This document shows, piece after piece, positions 46,967 through 53,969 of a stretch of 53,969 nt of DNA. The notes under the pieces were generated by a model, which was not told where the DNA came from, did not search any database, and saw nothing but the letters and a program-made list of their open reading frames with translations. The position numbers were made by a program, and so were the translations under genes. Numbering within the stretch: position 1 is the first letter of the stretch; every line of letters starts with the position of its first letter. Source of the DNA: Anaerolineae bacterium (GTDB lineage: Bacteria > Chloroflexota > Anaerolineae > B4-G1 > DUEL01); the NCBI GenBank assembly GCA_041082215.1, contig JBDOIF010000129.1, positions 1 to 53,969 of the forward strand. Reading direction: 5' to 3'.

Positions 46967-47073
46967 GTAGCGCAAGATTTATCTTGCGCAAGCGCAAAAT
47001 AAATTTAGCGCATTTGTTGAATTTGTAGCGCAAGATTTATCTTGCACAAGCGCAAAATAAATTTTTGCGCCAC
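46967..47073. repeat. Two tandem REP-like doublets, family A (58-bp period)
   Basis: GTAGCGCAAGATTTATCTTGC(G/A)CAAGCGCAAAATAAATTT...GCGC starting at 46967 and at 47025; ends in CCAC. Confidence 0.88.
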
Positions 47074-47098
47074 ATCTTTTTTGTTTAAGGAGGAGGTC

Positions 47099-48274
47099 AT
47101 GTCCTACACCTACGCCGTCCTCGGAGCCGGCCGCCAGGGGACCGCTGCCGCCTACGATATGGCCCGCTGGGGAGAGGCCCGGCGGGTCGTCCTGGCCGAC
47201 CTGGACCCCGAGGCCGCCCACCGCGCCGCCGGGCGGGTCAACCGGATGCTTGGCACAACAGTGGCCGAACCGGCCCGGGTGGATGTGACCGACCTGAAAG
47301 CGGTGGAGCGGCTGCTCACCGGGGTGGACGCCTGCCTGAGCGCCGTGCCCTATACCTTCAACCTGGGCATCACCCAGGCCGCTATCCGCGCCCACTGCAG
47401 CCTGTGCGACCTGGGCGGCAACACCGGCATCGTCCGCCAGCAGCACGCCTGCGACGAACAGGCCCGCGCCGCCGGGGTGAGCGTCATCCCCGACTGCGGT
47501 CAGGTCCCCGGCCTTGGCTCCAGCCTCATCGTCTACGCGATGGAACTGCTGGACGAAGCCACCGACGTCTTTATGTGGGACGGCGGGGTCCCCCAGAACC
47601 CCCGCCCTCCCTTCAACTATCTGCTCACCTTCAACATCGCCGGGCTGACCAACGAGTATGCTGAACCGGCCATCTTCCTCCGCGATGGGAAGATCGTCGA
47701 GGTGGAGCCGATGACCGAACTGGAGACCGTCGAGTTCCCCGAGCCGATTGGCACGCTGGAGGCTTTCATCGCTGGTGGGGGAACGAGCACGATGCCGTGG
47801 ACTTTTGAGGGACGGCTGCGGACATTGCAGAACAAGACGCTCCGCCATCCCGGCCACTTCGCCCAACTGCGCGCCTTCTACGACCTGGGCCTGTGGGACC
47901 TGAAGCCGATCCGGGTCGGCGACACGGAGATCGTGCCGCGGGAGGTCTTCCACGCCCTCTTCGAGCCGAAGGTCACCTTCCCCGGAGACAAAGATACCGT
48001 CATCGTCCGCGTGAAGGCGGTGGGGAAGAAGGACGGTCGGGACGCGGAGGTGGTGGTCGAGCTGATAGACCACTTCGACGACGAGACCGGCTTCACGGCG
48101 ATGGAACGCTGCACCGGCTGGAGTGCGGCGGTCGTCGCCGAGATGATGGCCCGCGGGCAGACGCCGCGCGGCGCGGGAGGGGTGGAGCGCTTCGTCCCGG
48201 CCCGCCCCTTTGTCGAGGAGCTCCGCCGCCGTGGGCTGAGTGTGACCGAGCGGGTGGAGACCAAACTGATCTGA
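47099..48274 (+). CDS. Saccharopine dehydrogenase-like / lysine 6-dehydrogenase family oxidoreductase
   Basis: Rossmann GAGRQG, SAVPY, CDLGG, PDCGQVPG, GLTNEY, KTLRHPGH and TAMERCTG; GGAGGAGG RBS. Confidence 0.85.
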   Translation: MSYTYAVLGAGRQGTAAAYDMARWGEARRVVLADLDPEAAHRAAGRVNRMLGTTVAEPARVDVTDLKAVERLLTGVDACLSAVPYTFNLGITQAAIRAHCSLCDLGGNTGIVRQQHACDEQARAAGVSVIPDCGQVPGLGSSLIVYAMELLDEATDVFMWDGGVPQNPRPPFNYLLTFNIAGLTNEYAEPAIFLRDGKIVEVEPMTELETVEFPEPIGTLEAFIAGGGTSTMPWTFEGRLRTLQNKTLRHPGHFAQLRAFYDLGLWDLKPIRVGDTEIVPREVFHALFEPKVTFPGDKDTVIVRVKAVGKKDGRDAEVVVELIDHFDDETGFTAMERCTGWSAAVVAEMMARGQTPRGAGGVERFVPARPFVEELRRRGLSVTERVETKLI

Positions 48275-48281
48275 GGTGAAC

Positions 48282-48313
48282 AAAAACAGAGGCACGCCGA
48301 TGGCGTGCCCCTG
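48282..48313 (-). terminator. Intrinsic terminator between convergent operons
   Basis: GGCACGCC-GAT-GGCGTGCC core stem extended by CAG/CTG; A-tract on + gives a U-tract for the - strand. Confidence 0.7.
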
Positions 48314-48331
48314 CACCCACAAAACGGGAAC

Positions 48332-50164
48332 CTAGGCCAGCCCCAGTTCCGCCAGCTTCTCCCGGGTGGGGACTCCGTTCTCGTCCCACCCCCGCAGCCG
48401 GTAGTATTCCGGCAGCATCGTATCCAGCTCCACCACGTGCCCCTTCGCCGCACCCTCGGGCATCGGCTCCCCCAGCATCCGCGGCGGCAGGGTGTCGTCG
48501 GCGCGGGTGAAGCCGGCCCGGATCAGGAACATCCGCTCCAGGTTGTACACCCGCTCCCCCGCCTTAAGCAGCGTCTCCTCATCATACCCGGCGCCCGTTG
48601 CATATTCCATCATCCGGGAGATCCGCACCGGCTCAAGCCGATAGGTCGGCTCGAAGAGGTGGCGGATGCTCAGGAAGACGCATAAACCGGCCGCGTCCAC
48701 AATGGTAAAGATGTCCTCAAAGTACTTCACGTAGGCCGGCTTGTCCTCAATCGCCAGCGGGTCGAGTCGCTTGGGGACGCCGAAAACCTCCATGTAGGCG
48801 ATGTCGCCCGCCATGTGGGAAGCGCCGATGTTGGAGGTGGCGTAGAGGAGTCCCATCCCCTTGGCCCCGCGGGGGTCGTAGCCGGGGAACTCCTGCTTTT
48901 TGGCAACTATCGCATACTCAGGATGGCCGTACCGTTCGGCCAGGCGGTAGCTCCCTTCGGCAATCAGGTCGCCGAACCCTTCCCGCAGGCCCGCGCGGCG
49001 GACCATCTCGATCATCGCGTCGGCATCACCGAACCGAAGCGGCATACCGATGTCGCTCTCAGGGAGGATGCCCCGCTCATAAAGCTCCATCGCGCAGGCG
49101 ATGGTAACGCCAGTGGAGATGGTGTCCAGCCCCAGTTGGTTGCAGAGGTAGTTGGCATAGGTGATCGCCGCCAGATTGCCCACCCCACATGCGCTACCGA
49201 CGGAGGCGATGGTCTCATACTCCGGCCCCTCCCCCTCCCCCACGTAGGGTGGCTCGTTGACCCGCGTGAGCCGGCCGCAGGCGATGGGACAGCCATAGCA
49301 GGCTTTAGGGCGGATAAGGTATTTACTTCGCAGAGCTCGCCCGGAGATGTCCTCGGCGTGTGCAAAGACCCCCGTCTGGAAGTTGCGGGTGGGGAGGATG
49401 CCGACCTCGTTGGTCACTGGCGGCACGTAGGCGGTGCCGTAGACCCGGAGGGACGACCCTGCCTCCACCGCCTTTTTCACCTCCTCGACCACCTCCAGGC
49501 AGAGGGCTTTCATCTCTTCGGGATGGGCCAGGGCGGGGGCCCGGGTGCCGCGCACGGCCACCGCCTTGAGGTTCTTCGACCCCATTACCGCCCCCACGCC
49601 GGAACGGGCCGCCGCGCGGTGCTTGTCGTTCATAATTGCGGCGATCCGCGCCAATCGCTCCCCTGCCGGCCCGATGCAGGCCACCCGCGCGTGCGTCTCC
49701 GTCTCCGCCCGCACCGCGTCCTCCGTCTCAAAGACGTCCTTCCCCCAGAGGTGATCCGCCGGCCGCAGTTCCGCCTTGCCGTCGCGCACCCACAGATAGA
49801 CCGGCCGCTCCGCCCTTCCCTCGAAGATGAACAGGTCCAAGCCCGTGCGTTTCATCTCCGTGGGGAAGAAGCCGCCGGAGTTGGAGCAGGAGAGCGCCCC
49901 CGTCAACGGCGACCTGGTCACCACCATATACCGGTTACCGGTCGGGGCAGGGGTTGCTGTGAGTGGTCCCGTGCCAAAGATCAGTTTGTTCTCCGGCGAA
50001 AGAGGCTCAACCCTGGGGTCTATCTCGTCATAGAGATAGCGGATGGCCCATCCGCGCCCGCCGATGAAATCGCGCGCCATCTGTGGATCCACCGACTCAG
50101 TCCGGATCTCCCCTGTGGTCAGGTTCACCCGCAGGACCTTGCCGTGCCAGCCATACATTCTCAC
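48332..50164 (-). CDS. aor: Aldehyde:ferredoxin oxidoreductase (tungstopterin AOR family)
   Basis: GWHGKVLRVNL, SPLTG, IGPAGE, R.G.GAVMGSKNLKA, CYGCPIACGR, GPEYET, GLDTISTG, GLC and YY.LRGWD. Confidence 0.93.
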   Translation of the reverse strand: MRMYGWHGKVLRVNLTTGEIRTESVDPQMARDFIGGRGWAIRYLYDEIDPRVEPLSPENKLIFGTGPLTATPAPTGNRYMVVTRSPLTGALSCSNSGGFFPTEMKRTGLDLFIFEGRAERPVYLWVRDGKAELRPADHLWGKDVFETEDAVRAETETHARVACIGPAGERLARIAAIMNDKHRAAARSGVGAVMGSKNLKAVAVRGTRAPALAHPEEMKALCLEVVEEVKKAVEAGSSLRVYGTAYVPPVTNEVGILPTRNFQTGVFAHAEDISGRALRSKYLIRPKACYGCPIACGRLTRVNEPPYVGEGEGPEYETIASVGSACGVGNLAAITYANYLCNQLGLDTISTGVTIACAMELYERGILPESDIGMPLRFGDADAMIEMVRRAGLREGFGDLIAEGSYRLAERYGHPEYAIVAKKQEFPGYDPRGAKGMGLLYATSNIGASHMAGDIAYMEVFGVPKRLDPLAIEDKPAYVKYFEDIFTIVDAAGLCVFLSIRHLFEPTYRLEPVRISRMMEYATGAGYDEETLLKAGERVYNLERMFLIRAGFTRADDTLPPRMLGEPMPEGAAKGHVVELDTMLPEYYRLRGWDENGVPTREKLAELGLA

Positions 50165-50174
50165 CCACCTCCTT

Positions 50175-50209
50175 GTTGCTGGTTGCTCGTTACTGGTTGC
50201 TGGTTGCTG
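50175..50209. repeat. Heptamer tandem, five copies (GTTGCTG)
   Basis: GTTGCTG GTTGCTC GTTACTG GTTGCTG GTTGCTG in the moaD-aor spacer. Confidence 0.8.
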
Positions 50210-50214
50210 GTTTG

Positions 50215-50454
50215 TCAGCCGCCGGCGATGGCGGGGAAGAGGCAGACGACGTCCCCTTCCCTGAGAACCTGGCCGGGCTGGGGGCCGCGGCCGTTGACCA
50301 GGACGACGCTGGCATCACCGCCGGGCACCGGCAGCGTCGCCACCAGTTCGTCCACCGTGGTCCCGGGGGTCACCTCCACCTCGTAGGCGGAACCCTCTGC
50401 CCCCTCCGGCAGGTACTTGCTGTAGGTCGCCAGCAACTTGACCGCTACCCTCAC
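50215..50454 (-). CDS. MoaD/ThiS ubiquitin-like sulfur carrier
   Basis: 79 aa; VLVNG...LREGD...FPAIAGG with C-terminal GG; GTGA overlap; adjacent to aor. Confidence 0.88.
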   Translation of the reverse strand: MRVAVKLLATYSKYLPEGAEGSAYEVEVTPGTTVDELVATLPVPGGDASVVLVNGRGPQPGQVLREGDVVCLFPAIAGG

Positions 50455-52247
50455 TGCCCGCCCTCCAGCGCCTCGGCCAGGAAGGAAATCCGCCGCCGCT
50501 CCGCGTCCAGGATGTTGTCCGTTTTGAGAAATTCATGCCCTTCATCCGGGTACAGGGCCAGGTCGCATCGCTTCCCCGCCGCCCTGAGAGCCTCACAGGC
50601 CTGGACCGACTCGCTGGCCGGGCAGCGGGGGTCATGCGCCCCGGCGATCAACTGCACCGCCGCCTGCACCCGGTCGAGGAAGAAGTAAGGCGACCGCTCG
50701 TAATACAGCTCCCGGTCCCGCTCCGGATGGCCGAAGTTCTCCAGGTCCCAGTGCTGCAGGTCTTCCCTTGAGTTGGCGTGGCCGGTGAACCAGTTGAGGA
50801 AGGGGACGACCGCCGACCCGGCCACCCACTGCTGTGGGAAGCGGGTCAGGCAGACCATGGTCAGGTAGCCGCCGTAGCTGCGGCCAGTGACGGCGATGCG
50901 CGAGGGATCGGCCAGCCCTCTGCGGATCAGGTAGTCCGCGCCGGCGGCCACGTCGTCGGCATCCGCCCCGCCCAGGTCGAACCGGTTGGCCAGTTGCCAT
51001 TCCCGGCCATAGCCGATGGACCCCCTGTAGTTGGGGGCCAGGACGACCCAGCCGCGGCTGACCATATGCTGCACCACCGGGTCCCAAGTGACCCGGCTGA
51101 TCCAGTTGGGGCCGCCGTGGATGAGGAGCACCGCCGGGGCGGGTCCGGCGACCCCCGGCGGGCGGTAGAGAAGAGCAGGTACCATCCGTCCGTCCGGGGC
51201 AGGGTAATGGACAAGCTCGGGAGCCACCAGTGGAGCGTCCCGTAGCTCCGGGGGGAGGGAGTGGGTCAGCCGCGCCAGCGCCCCATCCCGCAGGTCCAGC
51301 GACCACAGGTCGGCTGGGTCGTGAGGGCTGTCGAAGACAAACAGGAGCCGCGCGCCGTCCGGCGTGAAGGAGGGCCGGCTGTGGATGCCCGGGCCGACCC
51401 GGTAGACTGCCTCTGTCCCATTCTCCAGGTCCAGCACCGAAAGGGCCGCCGTCGGCCCCTCGTTGAGGACGCAGGCCAGCCGTCGGCCATCCGGCGCCCA
51501 GGCCGGACCTTCCCGGTCTGCCCGTCCTCCGGCAACCCATCGCGCCTGGCCGGAGGCCACGTCGTAGATGCCGAGGGCGAGGTGGTCGCCCTGGGGCGCG
51601 GAGAAGGCCAGGGCGGAGCCGTCGGGCGACCAGGCCACGTCGCGGGCGCGGAGGGGCGAACCTCCGGCGTCCGTCAGCAGGCGGTGTTCCCCTGTTGCTG
51701 GGGAGACCAGGAAAGCATCGGTGTCCTGCCCCTCCGTCTCGGCGATCACGGCCAGCCACGCCCCATCGGGCGACCAGGTCACGATGTAGTCGTGATAGGG
51801 GAGGGAGAGGAGGGGACAGGCCGCCCCGGTCTGGACGTCCATCATATAGGTATGGAACCGGCCCGAGGGGTTGGCGGCAAAGCCGATGAACCGGCCGTCG
51901 GGCGACCAGGCATATGCTGGCTGAATGGCGTAAGGCGTGTCGGGGGTCCGGTTGATGTGGAGGCCCCGTTCCGCGTCGCCGAGCCAGATGTCGTACTCCT
52001 CGCCCCCGTCCAGGTCCACCAGGTAGGCCAGACGGCGGCCGTCGGGGGCCCAGCGGGGGGCCCGCTTCGCCCCGGGGCCATCGGTGAAACGGGCGGGTGC
52101 GGCTGGAGCGGCCAGCGGCAGGACATACACCTCCCAGCCGCCCGTGGCGTTGTGGGAAAAGGCCACCGCCCGTCCATCCGGGGCAAGGTCAAACCCGTAG
52201 TCGGGGTCCACCGCCGGAACACGAAGGAGCGTCTCCAGGTCCAACAC
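50451..52247 (-). CDS. S9-family peptidase (acylaminoacyl/dipeptidyl peptidase-like) with PD40 propeller
   Basis: W(S/A)PDG repeats, IHGGP, PNYRGS.GYG, GRSYGG (catalytic Ser), DPRC (Asp) and DEGH (His); likely GTG start after GGAGG. Confidence 0.9.
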   Translation of the reverse strand: MLDLETLLRVPAVDPDYGFDLAPDGRAVAFSHNATGGWEVYVLPLAAPAAPARFTDGPGAKRAPRWAPDGRRLAYLVDLDGGEEYDIWLGDAERGLHINRTPDTPYAIQPAYAWSPDGRFIGFAANPSGRFHTYMMDVQTGAACPLLSLPYHDYIVTWSPDGAWLAVIAETEGQDTDAFLVSPATGEHRLLTDAGGSPLRARDVAWSPDGSALAFSAPQGDHLALGIYDVASGQARWVAGGRADREGPAWAPDGRRLACVLNEGPTAALSVLDLENGTEAVYRVGPGIHSRPSFTPDGARLLFVFDSPHDPADLWSLDLRDGALARLTHSLPPELRDAPLVAPELVHYPAPDGRMVPALLYRPPGVAGPAPAVLLIHGGPNWISRVTWDPVVQHMVSRGWVVLAPNYRGSIGYGREWQLANRFDLGGADADDVAAGADYLIRRGLADPSRIAVTGRSYGGYLTMVCLTRFPQQWVAGSAVVPFLNWFTGHANSREDLQHWDLENFGHPERDRELYYERSPYFFLDRVQAAVQLIAGAHDPRCPASESVQACEALRAAGKRCDLALYPDEGHEFLKTDNILDAERRRISFLAEALEGGQ

Positions 52248-52281
52248 AGGCCCTCCCCACTGCCTGGCGGCTGTCGGCCGC

Positions 52282-53061
52282 TCAGACCAGCCGGCCGCTC
52301 TCGATGATCCGACCCAGGAACTGGAGGGTACGGGGGTCACGCGGCTCGGTGAAAATCTGGTCGGGGGGGCCTTCCTCGACGACGATCCCCTCTTCCATGT
52401 AGATGACCCGATCTGCTACCTCATGGGCGAACCCCATCTCATGGGTGACGATAATCATCGTCGTCCCTTCCCGGGCCAGCTCCTTCATCACGGAAAGCAC
52501 CTCGCCGATCAGTTCGGGGTCGAGGGCCGACGTGGGCTCGTCGAAGAGCATCACCTGGGGCTCCATCGCCAGCGCCCGGGCGATGGCGGCCCGCTGTTTC
52601 TGCCCGCCAGAAAGGCGGATGGGATGGACGTCCCGCTTATCCTCCAGCCCGACCCAGCGCAGGAGTTCCTCGGCTTTGGCGATAGCCTCCTCACGGGGGA
52701 TCCCTTTGACCAGTATAGGCGCTTCAATGATGTTCTCCAGGACGGTCATGTGGGGGAAGAGATTGAACTCCTGGAAGACCATGCCGGTCTTCAGCCGCAG
52801 GTCGCGCACGCGGCCGCGACACTCGGGCGTGATGCACCCCTCGCCGGCCTCCACAGCGACGCCGTCTATTTCCACATGGCCGCTGGTTGGCTCTTCGAGC
52901 AGGTTGATGCAGCGCAGCAGAGTGGATTTCCCCGACCCGCTGCGGCCGATGACGACGACGACTTCGGAGGGATAGACCTCCAGTGAGATCCCCCGCAGCA
53001 CGTGCAGGAGGCCGAACCATTTATGGAGGTTCTGTACGCGGACGATGGGCTTACCGTTCAT
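52282..53061 (-). CDS. Polar amino acid ABC transporter ATPase
   Basis: [39 protein letters not shown] and THEMGFA. Confidence 0.95.
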   Translation of the reverse strand: MNGKPIVRVQNLHKWFGLLHVLRGISLEVYPSEVVVVIGRSGSGKSTLLRCINLLEEPTSGHVEIDGVAVEAGEGCITPECRGRVRDLRLKTGMVFQEFNLFPHMTVLENIIEAPILVKGIPREEAIAKAEELLRWVGLEDKRDVHPIRLSGGQKQRAAIARALAMEPQVMLFDEPTSALDPELIGEVLSVMKELAREGTTMIIVTHEMGFAHEVADRVIYMEEGIVVEEGPPDQIFTEPRDPRTLQFLGRIIESGRLV

Positions 53062-53923
53062 AGGCGTGTGCCATCCGCCGTTCCAACCGGCTTTGCAGCC
53101 AGGAGGAGATGATGGTCAGAATCCAGTACAGAGTTGCAGCGACCAGGAACATTTCGATGAACTTGCTGTCCTTACGGGCGAAGCGGTTGGCCCGGAAGGT
53201 GATCTCCCACACCCCCATCACCGAGACGAGGGCGGAGTCCTTTTGCATGGCGATGAACTGATTGCCGATATCGGGGATAATGACACGGATGGCCTGGGGC
53301 AGGATGATGCGGCGGAGCATCTGGGTGCGGGTCATCCCCAGAGCGGCTGCTGCTTCGTGCTGTCCGTGGCCCACGGATTGCAGGCCGGCGCGGAAGATTT
53401 CGGTCATATAGGCGCCGTAGTTCAGGCTGAGGGCCAGGATACCCGATTGGATCTCGCTCAATGTGAAGAGCCGCCCAAGCTCGGGGTGGCCCAGGCGGAT
53501 CAGTTGTTGCCCGATCTGGGGCAATCCGAGGTAAATGAAATAAATCTGGATGAGAAGAGGTGTTCCACGGATCACGGAAATGTAGAAGCCGGAGATCCCC
53601 TGGGCGATGGGGTTGCGCGACATACGGCCCAGCGCGCCGAAGAGGGCGAGCACCGAGGCGATGGCGATCGAGGCCATGGAGACGCCAATAGTAGTGAGCA
53701 CGCCCTGAAGGACAAAGCCGAAGTGCTGAAGGATATATCCGGGCTCGAAGCGAAGCTGCAGGAGGCCGCCGGTCAACAGAGCAATGAGGACGAACCAGAC
53801 AATACCGACTTTCACCGTCTCAATCAGCCGCTGCCGACGGGCCCGTCGGACCAGTTGCAGGCCTACAGAAAGGTCGGGATCGGGCGGGGGAGGCGATCCC
53901 GTCAGAGTCTTTTCGGCAGCCAT
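53051..53923 (-). CDS. Polar amino acid ABC transporter permease
   Basis: [33 protein letters not shown] and KDSAL; GGAGG RBS. Confidence 0.95.
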   Translation of the reverse strand: MAAEKTLTGSPPPPDPDLSVGLQLVRRARRQRLIETVKVGIVWFVLIALLTGGLLQLRFEPGYILQHFGFVLQGVLTTIGVSMASIAIASVLALFGALGRMSRNPIAQGISGFYISVIRGTPLLIQIYFIYLGLPQIGQQLIRLGHPELGRLFTLSEIQSGILALSLNYGAYMTEIFRAGLQSVGHGQHEAAAALGMTRTQMLRRIILPQAIRVIIPDIGNQFIAMQKDSALVSVMGVWEITFRANRFARKDSKFIEMFLVAATLYWILTIISSWLQSRLERRMAHAYER

Positions 53924-53969
53924 CGCACCTCCCAGAACAACAAGAGGTAGTTATAGAAGGGCGGGGCCG

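Noticed and set aside
46967..47073. Possible CRISPR mini-array
   Set aside because: Only two units, no unique spacers of proper length, no cas genes, and the same motif is dispersed elsewhere, so it is REP-like.
1..53969. tRNA/rRNA genes, transposases, integrases, prophage or defence systems
   Set aside because: None recognised by eye; intergenic gaps are short and accounted for. A covariance-model scan was not run.

Overview
High-GC bacterial chromosomal segment. It is most likely from a Chloroflexota/Anaerolineae-type anaerobe; this is an inference from the LPL(I/V) surface-protein motif, EAPT-rich lipoprotein linkers and the intergenic repeat types. I call 47 CDS and see no rRNA, tRNA, CRISPR array or intact mobile element. 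There are four blocks. (1) 1-16.7 kb: secreted/surface proteins next to a glycosylation locus (GT-C, GT2, GT4, WcaJ-type priming transferase, GmhA-like isomerase, acyltransferase, sugar amidotransferase, B12-radical SAM). (2) 16.8-19.3 kb: permuted-papain enzyme, DUF4230 and truD. (3) 19.3-22.9 kb: an ArsR-headed DsrE2-TusA-DsrM-like-DsrK-like sulfur-relay/redox operon with no dsrABC in view. (4) 23-54 kb: the most interesting region, an Lrp-centred divergent catabolic island. It holds four pyrrolysine-free MttB-family methyltransferases, one corrinoid protein, lysine 2,3-aminomutase, two class III aminotransferases, a CatIJ-like CoA-transferase, a thiolase, a lysine-dehydrogenase-like protein, two amidohydrolases and a peptide ABC importer, plus a convergent amino-acid ABC/S9 peptidase/MoaD/aldehyde:ferredoxin oxidoreductase operon. 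The gene set suggests an apparently undescribed anaerobic pathway for N-epsilon-methylated (and possibly acylated) lysine via beta-lysine; this is inferred, not demonstrated. Operon-internal spacers contain several REP-like palindromes and 7-/9-mer repeat scars. All family calls come from motif recognition by eye; no database searches were run.
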